Positions 1 through 10,106 of a stretch of 20,000 nucleotides of DNA are shown in pieces. The position numbers and the translations under genes were made by a program. The stretch's first letter is position 1; every line of letters begins with the position of its first letter. A model generated the notes under the pieces. It was given only the letters and a program-made list of their open reading frames with translations. It had not been told where the DNA came from and did no database searches. Origin of the DNA: Eremomyces bilateralis CBS 781.70 (taxonomy: Eukaryota). Location: the NCBI GenBank assembly GCA_010015585.1, contig ML975176.1. One strand, given 5' to 3'.

Positions 1-156
1 GTTCCCAAACTTTTTCGTTTTGAGGGCTTTTATGAACGCCCCACGATCCATCTTGTAACTTCTTCTGATTTCAAATCTCTCCTGTAGTTTCTGGTATAGA
101 TCATGATTCCACTTGATATCATCTCCAAGATGGAGAATAATCGGCTTCGACTCCAT
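1..156 (-). CDS. 5' end of D-isomer-specific 2-hydroxyacid dehydrogenase (glyoxylate reductase / D-mandelate dehydrogenase-like); runs off window start
   Basis: Not in the ORF track. Manual translation from ATG 156: MESKPIILHLGDDIKWNHDLYQKLQERFEIRRSYKMDRGAFIKALKTKKFGN, open to the edge. It resembles the N-terminus I recall for fungal 2-hydroxyacid dehydrogenases (KP..LHLGDDI.WNH.LY...F...S..M.R..F..AL..K.FG). Confidence 0.75.
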   Translation of the reverse strand, partial: MESKPIILHLGDDIKWNHDLYQKLQERFEIRRSYKMDRGAFIKALKTKKFGN

Positions 157-567
157 CTCTTGTGGCTTTGGAGTAGAATTGACTTACGGAAAGGCGGTCT
201 GAGGGTAACTAGCTAAGAAAGCAATGGTCACAGGTGGAGTTCCCGTCCTTCTGATACCCCATGACTCATCCTTTCGCCTCATATGTAGAACGGACATCTT
301 TGACGACAATGAATCCCTTGAGGATTAGACCGGCTTAGAGCAAAGATCTGGACAAATCGATCGAGTAATTCTTGAGTTGTGATAGTCGAACAGGACGTGG
401 GAAATTGTAGTCAGGCTACAAGGCAACAATTCCGTTTTCGCGACATCCATCTTCGCGACTTCGCCTCTCAGAAACAACTCCTGTCATTCAACCAAGATCA
501 TCCGCCGAGAACTCATCAAGAACCATCGATATTCACTCCGTCACCGAGAACCCATCAAGAACCGATC
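157..567. promoter_or_regulatory. Short divergent (bidirectional) promoter region between the dehydrogenase and the zinc-finger gene
   Basis: The two ATGs (156 on -, 568 on +) face away from each other across 411 bp. A 20-bp direct repeat CCGAGAAC(T/C)CATCAAGAACC sits at 505-524 and 544-563. Confidence 0.55.
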
Positions 568-1828
568 ATGGGAAAGAAGAAGAGGAATCATCCCGATGTC
601 GAAGATGTCCTGTCACGACCTTGGTGCTACTATTGTGAGCGCGATTTCGATGACTTAAAGATCCTCATATCTCATCAGAAGGCTAAGCACTTCAAGTGCG
701 ATAGATGTAATCGTCGGTTGAATACCGCTGGAGGTACGTTGATCCCATGACTTTACGCGCATCGCTAACCTCTCAGGTTTGTCCGTTCATCTGAATCAAG
801 TCCACAAAGAGACCCTCAATGCCGTTGACAATGCCCTTCCCAATCGACAGGGCTTGGATGTGGAAATCTTTGGGATGGAAGGTATCCCGGAGGATGTCGT
901 CAACTCACACAAACAACGCGTCCTTCAACAATACTACGAAGCTCAAGCCGATCGTCAAGCACAAACCGGAAACCCAGCTCCTGGTGCAAATGCTCCAAAG
1001 AAACCGAAATTCGAATCTCCATCCGATTTGAAGAGGAGATTGGCCGAACACAAAGCTAAGAAAGCTGCCGAAGCCGCTGGAAGTAGTGGTGATGTAACAC
1101 CGTTACAGGGAGCTCAAAGTCCAGCCGCTGCTACTCAAAGTCCGGTTCCTTTCGTAAGTCGATCGCTCTAGATGTTGAGCAGATACTAACTCTTCCAGCA
1201 CCCGCCCTTCCCTTCACACCAAGTACCTCATATCCCTCCCCAAACCAGTCCTCCTCCCTATGGACAGTTTCCGCCTTACGGTCAGCAAGCTTTCCCTCCA
1301 TCTTGGGTTCCCGGAATGCCTCAAGTCCCTCCCATGCCCGGTGGATACTCACCAGGTCAATATCCATCCATCTCCCCCCCATTCCAAGGACATCCGCAAG
1401 TCCTTCGACAAAATCTCCCAAATGCCCCGGGACTTCCACAAAGACCCGCCTTTGGCGCTCCCCAGGTGAATTCATTTCAGTTTCAGCAAATGCATCAAGG
1501 CCATGCTCAACCATCTTCACCGGGCCCTAACCAGACCCAGGGAGTCAATGGTCACAACGCGGCCGCTTTCTCCGCGTCAGTTGATGAACTGATTGCTAGC
1601 ACCAAACAGGAAATGGACAAATCCAAACCAAGTGCAACGGAGAAATCAAAGAAAGACTTCCGTTTGGTTTATTCGGATAATGAGGTTAGTCCGGAGGAGA
1701 AGATGGCAACCCTTCCAAGGTACGCATTCGTTCCAAACAACAAACCAGAAACCGTCTTGGGGGATGTGGAGGGTAGTGTGACGGGTCCTGTGGTAGGTCC
1801 AGACGATGTCATGGACAAATCAGGTTGA
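568..1828 (+). CDS. ZNF207: BuGZ/ZNF207-like C2H2 zinc-finger protein; exons 568-733, 777-1153, 1199-1828
   Basis: MGKKKR...[51 protein letters not shown]...NALPNR...[10 protein letters not shown] is the ZNF207/BuGZ N-terminal signature. It is followed by a Pro/Gln-rich middle and C-terminal [20 protein letters not shown]. Introns 734-776 (GTACGT..GCTAAC..CAG) and 1154-1198 (GTAAGT..ACTAAC..CAG) join three ORF-track pieces in frame. Confidence 0.92.
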
Positions 1829-2249
1829 TCCGGTTGCTTCAGAGGCGATGGAAAGTGCTCACTTAGTACTCCCGACTCCCTACGACACGAGATCATAGGC
1901 CATCGGAGTTGCAGATTCATTATGGGATATGGTCAGTCAGTCCATCGGTGTTCATAGTTCTTGCGGGAACTGATTCTTCATTCAAGTTCTGGTCCGAAGG
2001 ATGGATGGAATACCGTTTGTAAGTCGATTGATACAAATTTTCAAGCCTTTTCATGATTTCCACATCTGTGTCGTTCCACCGGCATTTGCGCTCAGTAGTG
2101 GCATGATTTCCTCACCTTTCTATAAACACCATTGAGGATGCAGCATTGCATTGGTAATATTGTGATTGTGCCTCTAAAAGACCAGCCATTGTATGGCGTG
2201 GTGGAAGAATGGGAAAAATCGGTGTCAGAAACCTGATTTTGAAGGCATT

Positions 2250-3336
2250 CTATACCTCTCTCACTCCTTCGAGTTCCTCGAAAATGGTGTCTACCGCGCC
2301 CTCGGCTCCTTTCAACACCGTTTCCAGCGTTCGGATGTTGATGAAGATCGGACATTCCGAGATATTGGCCACCGCTGATTCGAACCATTCATTTGCGGTT
2401 GGAAATGCGTTCTTGGATATTAACGCAAGAGAATAGAACGTATTAGAGGCTGATCGGATTTAGCTCGGCATCCAACTTGTCAGATGAGTGATGATACATC
2501 GCCTCTCAAAACGCGTGCGGGAGATGAGGATCCCAGTCTGCGCGATGAATGCGACAAGGGCTTTGGTGAGTTTGGATGGATTGCCCTGGTAATTATTAGC
2601 GTTGAGTTCTTTGACCCGCTTTATGCAATCGTACCATGTCGATGATGCGTTCACGCCCTAGTGTACTGTCTTCGAGTCGATCCAGCGTCATTCTCGGGCT
2701 CATCCTCGTCCTCATCCTCGTCCTCACCCTTATCCGCCTCGCTGCCCTCGTCCCCCTGGTTTGTACGGCGCGTCCTCCAGATCCTCCGGCTCCTCTGGTT
2801 CGTTCAGTGCGTCCTCCAGGCCCCCCGGCTCGTCCGGTTCGTCCTTCGATTCGTTCTCCTCCAGGTCTTCTTCTGTCTCATCTTCATCCTCTTTGTCTAG
2901 CTCGTCGGCACCTCTAGCATTTTGCTTGTCCGGTTTGAGGGACCTCGAACTACCTTGAGGACAGCAGCTTTGTCGATGTTAAGGTCGGAAAAAACAAGGT
3001 CAAGTGCGATGCCAAGCACATCTTGAGTGGCTCGTTCGATTGATGGCCGCGTCTGGTTCGTGTTCCTGGCTCCCTAATGTTGTCTTGCGGCCGGGGTGAT
3101 TGCATTTTGTAGCTCAGCATGCGAAGCGCTTGGTTGACTTGCTGCAATTGGCAAGCGACTGTCATGTGGGATAGGAAGAGTGGTGATGTGATCCCTAGAT
3201 TTTCTACCCGATTCTTCTCTGGAAGTCGAGGACGTCTTGGGACAACATCGTAGGTGTCCGTTAGCCCTACATATTCTTTGATATGGCGAATGTTGGCCGC
3301 GGTGGCGTTTAAACCTTTGTTTTTGCCGCGTGCCAT
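2250..3336 (-). pseudogene. Decayed gene of unknown family with an acidic (Asp/Glu) low-complexity segment
   Basis: ATG 3336 opens MARGKNKGLNA... The acidic tract DELDKEDEDETEEDLEENESKDEPDEPGGLEDALNEPEEPEDLEDAP continues as DEGSEADKGEDEDEDEDEPEND only after a frameshift near the C5 run at 2752-2756. A later segment reads ISKNAFPTANEWFESAVANISECPIFINIRTLETVLKGAEGAVDTIFEELEGVREV*. No family recognised. Confidence 0.35.
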
Positions 3337-3401
3337 TGCTGATGCTTGGTGGAGTGGTGATTGGATCTGGGGTTTTCTGGAGAAATCGACGCTACGGATT
3401 G

Positions 3402-3650
3402 CAAGAAGCCCGTCCCGATGACAAGGTTGATGGGGGATGGATTGAAAGAAAACAAGAAGTTGTTCTAAGGACTAAACTTATGTCGGCAGCAACGTCGAGA
3501 TGATTGATGAGATGAATCCCAATGGGATAACAAGAAGCCTGTCCTAGGGACAGGGCTTAGAAGATGATGGGGCAACAAGGAACCCGTCCGATGGACTGGA
3601 CTTACAATACGAAGGGAAAACAAGAAGACCGTTCTATGAACAAGGACTTG
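3402..3650 (+). repeat. Five degenerate ~30-bp direct repeats (consensus AACAAGAAGcc.GTyCta.GGACa.GaCTTA)
   Basis: CAAG(A/G)A(G/A) cores at 3402, 3453, 3531, 3576 and 3621, each followed by GT[CT]C...AC..TT. Spacings are 51, 78, 45 and 45. Confidence 0.6.
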
Positions 3651-5564
3651 ACTATGGATATCCGTGCAGATATGATGGCGGTGATTGGAAAGTGATGGTG
3701 GAAAATGTAAGCTGAAACCTGGCTATCCATGTGAGTGAAACCTAACAAAAAACCCCACAGCTCAGTTCTCAAAATTCTGCCTATTCGGACTTAATATCAC
3801 TTCACTTTGATTTATCCACAGATTCCACTGGACACCCTATGTATCTGCCCGACCAGGCGGGACGGATCGTTCCGGGATCCAGGAAACCGGAATCCTCAAG
3901 TTCTACTGGTATGGATAAATTGCTCGACTAGACGATGGGTCGACAGGCACGGTGAGTTCCAGCATGATTTCCCGAAGGAATCGATGGGTGGTACGTCTAT
4001 GAACAAGTGTATTGCGTCACCAAATTCATCATCAACTCCTCTCATCATCCCTTCTGTTTGCATGTCCCGTTTGCATCTTCGGTATACAAATATTCTCCAA
4101 GTCCCCCGTCTTTCAATATTCTACTGCAGCTCTGAATTGGAGTTCTGAATTGTCCTTGACTTTGCAATGCTCCTTGAATCGCGAATATACTCTGCATAGC
4201 CATTTGCTTGTTCAATGTATCTAGTAGAACCTTCGTATATTGTCGCATTGGGTTGTCGAGTCATTATCTCATCGAGCAGACTGGCATCCCGATTTCCTGC
4301 AGCTGATCTTGAAACCTCACTTTCTAACAACATACTGTCATGACGTGACAATCCTTTCTGTCTCATTACCCCATCCACCGGAGTTATATTTACGATATAC
4401 GATTAAATGTCTTGTCTTATCTTCATCCACCGGTTCTATAACTCCGCGAATCATAACCCCAACCCGTGGACCCGTTACTCAGTCGACTCGATCCATTGTT
4501 AAGCTTAGACATAGTGTGGGATTCTTCTCCCGTCCGTTGATTCGTAAGCTCAGCCATAGTGCGGGTTTCTCACTCTTCGGGAAAGCGACTTCTCCCTTCC
4601 CGATGTCAAAGCGGGGTTGTATCAAACTTCAGCCAGATATGACGAGACAAAACTGACGCAAGACCGCCCAGACAGGAGGATTTCCGAGCTGGAAACGAAA
4701 GTGAAGGTGAATCTGGCCGACAAGGTCAGATATTGGGCAGAGGCTGGACCAGCAGGGGAAACCTGCGATTAGTGTTGGGCACCGGGGATAGCAATCCCAC
4801 CGATTATGAAAGGATCAGGCGGTGCGCATTCAGCAACTTGAGATAGTTAATCAAAAAGTCTCGATGCTGGGGCCAGATTGGCTGGCGCGGCCGGCAGAGC
4901 TTGCGCGACGAGATTTCAAGAGGCGAATATCGAGCATGGAAAGGTCAAGGGCAATTATGAGTTAGAAGATGCTACCCATCAACTACAGATGGAGCTAACT
5001 GATCAATTGTTAACGGTTCAGGCGGTACAGATTCAGTCGCGGGTTCAATTATGCACGAGAATGGTGGAGGGCAGTAATTGATCATATCTCCGGAACTTCG
5101 GTGATCAGCACACACAGTCGGTATGCTCTTCGTATTCCGAGTCAATTCATCGCTGTGTAGTATCTTTTCGTTTCTGTTACTTCTGGTCAGTCGGTTTGTT
5201 GGGGTGCTCTTCTCGATAGAGAGCTTGTATTTCGATTCTTTATCCGAGTTAAGAGGCCGATGCCGTGCAGTTCCTCGAGAGTACTATCCTCAGGCAGCTC
5301 CACCAGTCGACATTAGAATCAAGAAGGTTTTTGTCGGAATGGTGGTACGATGCTGCCTGGTGATCTCTGGCGGGCCGAAATGGGATAAAGGGCATGAGCG
5401 TACTGCCGTGTGTATGTATCTTCGATCCGATACTGCGCATTGTTAACATTATATTAGGCCAGTCATGTGGGACTCATAATCGGCCCTAATAGTTTAGGAG
5501 TGATATCCCGACGAGGCACCATGTGCTGGGGCTCCTAGATCATTCGTGCGAATCGACTGATTAG

Positions 5565-5749
5565 TGTCATGGGCCCAAACCACGAAGGATTTGGTAAGCT
5601 GGTAACGCTATTGAATTGCTAAAGAGAAAAGGAAAAGATCTCTCTCACGATCTACTATGTACATCTGTGAGCAAACGGTCTACCTATCCTTCCTGCCTTA
5701 GGCCGCAAGGCCACAATACACAGACTGGGCGAAGCCCAAGACTGTCACA
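5565..5749. mobile_element. Solo LTR (185 bp) with 5-bp target-site duplication ATTAG
   Basis: ATTAG(5560-5564)-TGTCATGGG...GACTGTCACA-ATTAG(5750-5754). It has TG...CA ends, imperfect TGTCA/TGTGA terminal inverted repeats and a perfect TSD. Confidence 0.75.
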
Positions 5750-6775
5750 ATTAGAGGCGGGTTAGATCAACCACAATATAGTTGCATCAAAAGGGGGAAG
5801 GCCATCAAAGCAGGTCGCATAGATATATGTACAGGGTTCTTTGTTCTTTGCATTGATTCTCACTTCATCTTAGTGTCTCCAATGGTTTCATATTCCGTAC
5901 CACTGCTTTCACACGAATCTTTGCTACCACTCCGGCCAAACTGCTTGAGAAGTCTTCCTGCGAAGAGCGAACATCACAGTAATGGTTGTTCAGCAACCAT
6001 GGCCTGAAATTAACAGCTTCCGTTTTCGAAAGTCTGCTAATTCCACTCGTATAACTATCACAAAGTTTCCATGCCTTGCTAGTTGCCAATTTGCTGGTTT
6101 ACATTGTGACTGGTGAATGGAGGACGTAGCTTTTAACGGTCGGCAAGCCAACAGTAGTTGGTTATTTTCATTAGCTTGGAAAACACATTGATTATGTGTA
6201 TTCACTGAAATTCTGTGTTGAAAATTGTCCATCGTGAGTATGGTGAATTGCGCTGAAGTAAAACCTCCTAGTTTCCACCTGTCCGTAGACTTTACTTCTT
6301 CATTCTTTCAATATTTTTCCACTTCTTTAAGAAGAAAATTCTACAGAAGCCCGCGAAGTCCAACTGTACGCGTCCACGTCGCCGCGGGTGAAACATTGAT
6401 GGAGAAGAGTTCTCTATTGATGGCTAAGTGCAGTGGCGATGAGAGAGACGCACGCGTTGCGCGTGCAGGTCGCAGGCCTTGAGCGTGGTATCGCCATACC
6501 ACCAATACCAGCACGACTGTGTCTACTGACTCCGCTTAGACACGGTGTCCTTTCATTAAGGGAGGCCTCTTGAGGGATATAAAGGGATACGAAAACCATC
6601 CGATAGGGGTCTATCTAGCTCGCAGCTGGATCCGGAAGCCTGACTTATCATTAGGTAGATGAGGACGCGTCCTAGGCCTCTAACAGGACATCCTCAGGCT
6701 CGCCTACTCTGGGGTTACGCGTGAGCAACGAGCTGCGTGTAGCGAGGGTTTAGAATAATCCTAATTCTAAAGAAC

Positions 6776-6994
6776 TGTCACGGTCGTACTTTTCGTGCTT
6801 TGAGGCGTTAATGTATTGTTGCCTTATGGCCTGATACGGATGCCTCACGATACGATCGGTGTTGTGAGCACCTCAAGGCCTACTTATCATCGCTCACACA
6901 GCGGCATGTACTTAGATCTTCCTTCCTCCTTCGTAGATTGATTCTCGTATATCGCGAATTACAGAGTTTCACCTCATCCTTTCGTAGCCTGACA
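6776..6994 (+). mobile_element. Probable solo LTR (219 bp), no TSD
   Basis: Begins TGTCACGG and ends CCTGACA (5-bp perfect terminal inverted repeat TGTCA/TGACA), with a pyrimidine-rich 3' half. The flanks AGAAC/GTATC do not match. Confidence 0.45.
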
Positions 6995-7027
6995 GTATCC
7001 ATCTTCTAACTTCAAAAACCATTCCGT

Positions 7028-8065
7028 CTATAACTTTTGCTTCTTCGGTGCTGGTCTCAGAATGCACTGTTGGGTCATATTCGCCACTAACTTCGTCCCT
7101 GTCTTATCAAAGAGCCTCGACTCGGTGTACGTCCTCGCATGGTCGGCAACTATCGTTCGCCATTCTCTTAGGTGCCACTTACTGAGGTCGATTTCAGTGA
7201 CATATAATCTTAGGGCGAAGTCAAGCGTCGAGCACGGGCCGGCTTCATCGAACCACATGGCGTTATGCGCCAACGGAATGAACGACAGCGCCCCGTCCAT
7301 CATGAGCGAAAGTCCGCACACGTTCTCGGCTTGGGTTTGAGTCGTTCCAACATGTCGGAAATAGTCGGCAGATGTCTTCTCTGTAACATCCAGATCATCC
7401 TGGCTGGTCTTCAACCACTTCGCCGCCCCAAAGGTCTGGCCCATGACTCCTTCTGGCGTGGTGCGCTGTTCGAATTGAAGTTTCTTGACCAGCCCAAATT
7501 CCTTCTTCAACCCTTCTGACACTCCCGGTGGGAGTAATCCCTTCTCTTCCATCTCTAGAGCGGTTTGATCGTGCGGCTTGCATATCTCGACTGGAGAGTA
7601 TTGCCTGAATGGCTTGACAGAATACTGGAGCAGCGCCTCCGGTTCCGGGGCTTGGAAATCCGCAATCATGATCATCACCTTCCGCTCAGTCTTCTCCAGG
7701 TTTTCCTTCACGGCCTTCGTGAGGGTTTCGTAGGGAACAGCGTTCGTGCTTTGGCTCAAGTCTATGACGCGAGTTGCAAATGATCTCGTGTCGCGCACGC
7801 GTCGTACTCGCGCAATGAACGGCCGGTCAACCAACGAAGGGCCCAAGAAGCTTCCAGTTGCAGAATAGAGGGCGTAATTTGGGCCTACGGTTTGGAAGGC
7901 CGCGTGAAGCGAGGCGGAAATGGTACAGCCGCCGTACGCGATGCTCTTCGAGTTGGCCATTTGATCTGGAGGAATCACACTGATGAACTGATCATCTCCA
8001 ATCGACCGGAGAGCTAACTGGGCGCTCAGCGATTTTGGTGCCAGCTCAACAGCGTGGGCAGCCAT
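7028..8065 (-). CDS. Acyl-CoA thioesterase II (TesB/ACOT8-type double hot-dog fold), 345 aa, intronless
   Basis: Motifs AYGGC, YSATGSFLGP, VRRVRDTRSFATRVI, MDGALSFIPL, STLDFALR, WHLRE...ARTYTESRLFD...VANMTQQCILR are typical of fungal TesB-family thioesterases. The ORF is intact. Confidence 0.9.
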   Translation of the reverse strand: MAAHAVELAPKSLSAQLALRSIGDDQFISVIPPDQMANSKSIAYGGCTISASLHAAFQTVGPNYALYSATGSFLGPSLVDRPFIARVRRVRDTRSFATRVIDLSQSTNAVPYETLTKAVKENLEKTERKVMIMIADFQAPEPEALLQYSVKPFRQYSPVEICKPHDQTALEMEEKGLLPPGVSEGLKKEFGLVKKLQFEQRTTPEGVMGQTFGAAKWLKTSQDDLDVTEKTSADYFRHVGTTQTQAENVCGLSLMMDGALSFIPLAHNAMWFDEAGPCSTLDFALRLYVTEIDLSKWHLREWRTIVADHARTYTESRLFDKTGTKLVANMTQQCILRPAPKKQKL

Positions 8066-8662
8066 CTTAACGAGGGATTCGAGAGTGATGAGATAAGGAT
8101 AACGCGAAACTAGTCCAAAACTACCGGATCGATGAAAAATCTCCCCGTGACTTCAGAAATATATGTAAAGGGATGTATCACTTGTATGGGAAATGGGAAA
8201 TATATTAAATTTACGGACGTATTCCGTCACTAACTAACTTCCGGTTTGCTGAGACGGCGAAGTTCGGACTTTGAACGTTGCTGGAAGGGGTTACAGCAAT
8301 TATCTAATGAGAAGCCACTAATGGGCAGAGTAACAAGTTGGAGATAGGCGGCAAGGGGCCCATTCTAATAATATTTTGGTTAATCTCTCAGTAACTTGAA
8401 CCTTCTTGATTACCATTCACACTTCATCTTTCTCACCGCATCGGCTAATGCAATGGTGTTAGCCGGCTATGAGAGATGAATCTCATTCTACGGCAGCTAG
8501 CCATCTTTTCATGTAGAAGCCAGGCTTCTGCGATCATCATGGAGTTACAAGGCCTAACCCGTAGAGTTGCACAGCATCCACTGTGCGCCCAGGCCTTCTT
8601 GACCGGGGGGTGGTCGGATGGTCTGTGTAGGCCGATGGCCGGCCTGGCGAATAGGTGAGCAT

Positions 8663-8815
8663 TATTACGGAATACATTTCTATATACGGTACATATTTCT
8701 AAGCTGGGGAAGCCTTCTTTGTTTACATCGAAGAAGGTTGGACGCTGAATCAACCCTTAACCTAATCAGGCTTGGGCTCTCAGCCTTAGCGAACCAAGGG
8801 TTTCAACCCATAACA
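8663..8815 (-). mobile_element. Possible degenerate solo LTR abutting the 3' end of the gene fragment
   Basis: On - it reads TGTTATGG...CCGTAATA (CCGTAACA with one C>T). The 8-bp termini differ only by transitions. No TSD. Confidence 0.3.
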
Positions 8816-9132
8816 ATCCGCTTCACAGTCGTACCAAGTTCCCTCTTCGTCCGCCGCCAATACTGGTCCCTGAACTGTACAGGGCCGATAGTTCCGAACC
8901 TAACGGCCGTAAGAAATGCGGCGGTCTATACAAGTGTGATGAGGAAGCCAATAGGGAAGATGTCTAGTGTCACGCCTGGCAAGACCAAAGACGTAACGGT
9001 CGCAGCCAGCGCCGATACTGAAGCTTGGGTCGCGGGGTCGATCGTGCTCGTGCCCTAGTTTGCGAAGACGCCGGACATAAAGCTGGCTTCGGTGCTAGAT
9101 AGCGTAGTATTGACTACAGCCTGAGTGACCGC
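8815..9132 (-). pseudogene. C-terminal fragment of a conserved Pezizomycotina membrane-protein gene, RIP-inactivated
   Basis: Translation: AVTQAVVNTTLSSTEASFMSGVFAN*GTSTIDPATQASVSALAATVTSLVLPGVTLDIFPIGFLITLV*TAAFLTAVRFGTIGPVQFRDQYWRRTKRELGTTVKRI. It matches the recalled family pattern ASF..GVF...F.LPG....IFP.G.IIT..W......GT.GR..FR..YRRR. Stops at 9055-9057 and 8926-8928 fit CAG>TAG and TGG>TAG. Confidence 0.65.
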
Positions 9133-9687
9133 ACGCGTCGTAGATAGCTCTTCTTCTTTAGCTTTGCAATAAATGAAAGTGGTTCTCGTAACTTCTGCGA
9201 TCAAACCGTCTCAACGGTTAGATATATCAGCGGTTTAGAATTCAATCGGGAAATTTCCTCGATCGTTTTGCTTAATTAACAGTTGGTTAGCGGTTGTGTC
9301 GCATCACGCGTGGGTGATGATTAAGCACGTTTGCTTCTTTAGCTCAGTTGCTGTAGAGTCACAACGCAAGTTGGTCTTGACGATTCCCATTGTCTCTCCA
9401 AAAAGGAGATCTAGCTAGCAAAACAGTTGAAGATAACTGGGACATATCATAAGGGCAATTTTGGTGCGTCATGGCCTGGGTTATTAGGCAAAAATGCCAA
9501 GACCTTAGTTCTTCACACATAACACCCATCGCGGAAATGGTACTCTTATTGCCTGTAACTAACAACAATAACAGTAGCAGTAGCAGAGAAAGTATGGATA
9601 TCCATGCGTACGCGCATATTTTTATGTTTAACCATCTTGGTTGAGATCTTCGGTAGGGACGGTAAGCTGTTAGATATATCGACTTAT

Positions 9688-9715
9688 AAGTAACAAGTGA
9701 CAAGTGACAAGTGAC
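9688..9715 (+). repeat. 7-bp tandem repeat (AAGTGAC)x4, first copy AAGTAAC
   Basis: AAGTAAC AAGTGAC AAGTGAC AAGTGAC, read directly. It lies about 400 bp downstream of the Crypton stop codon. Confidence 0.8.
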
Positions 9716-9904
9716 CAAAGTCAACTTGTTGTATTGAAATCCCGACTACCCAAGGTACAGCATAATAGGGTGAGCCTTCTGAGATAGAGATTCGTACGTA
9801 GGTGGAATTTCTCTTTCTAAAATAGGAATTCGTACGGAAGGGGTGATTCATTTGACTCAGTAAGGTGTAGTTATAAGTCTAAGCTTCTGTCCTATGGATA
9901 CTCG

Positions 9905-10025
9905 ATTCCTCCTTTTCCCTCTCCTCCTCCTCCCCTTTCTCCTTCTCCTCTTCCTCTTCCTTCTTCTCTTCCTCTTCCTTCTCTTCCTGATTCTCTTGAT
10001 CCTCCTCTTCGTTTTACTTCCTCCT
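9905..10025 (+). repeat. CT-rich low-complexity tract (GAG/GAA-rich on -) downstream of the Crypton ORF
   Basis: Almost pure pyrimidine run on +. On - it would read EEDQENQEEKEEEEKKEEEEEKEKGEEEREKEE. Confidence 0.7.
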
Positions 10026-10106
10026 GCTTGATTCCAAATTAATTTATTATCGTACGAGCACCTCCTCTATCAATCTTAGAGCTTATCCAAGTAGATTACT
10101 CTTTTT

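Noticed and set aside
379..567. N-terminal extension of ORF 379-750 upstream of MGKKKR
   Set aside because: It starts at GTG, and ZNF207/BuGZ proteins begin at MG(K/R)KK. ATG 568 is the plausible eukaryotic start.
2636..2958. Ser-rich and Leu/Pro-rich + strand ORFs
   Set aside because: Antisense shadows of the GAG/GAC-rich acidic tract on the - strand.
3402..3650. CRISPR interpretation of the repeat-spacer pattern
   Set aside because: Repeats are too divergent, spacer lengths are irregular, and the DNA is fungal.
8618..9058. 146-aa + strand ORF
   Set aside because: Largely antisense to the recognisable membrane-protein fragment, with no motif of its own.
9359..9724. 121-aa - strand ORF with poly-Leu 'transmembrane' stretch
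   Set aside because: It has a non-ATG start, and the poly-Leu and LVTCH repeats derive from simple DNA repeats.
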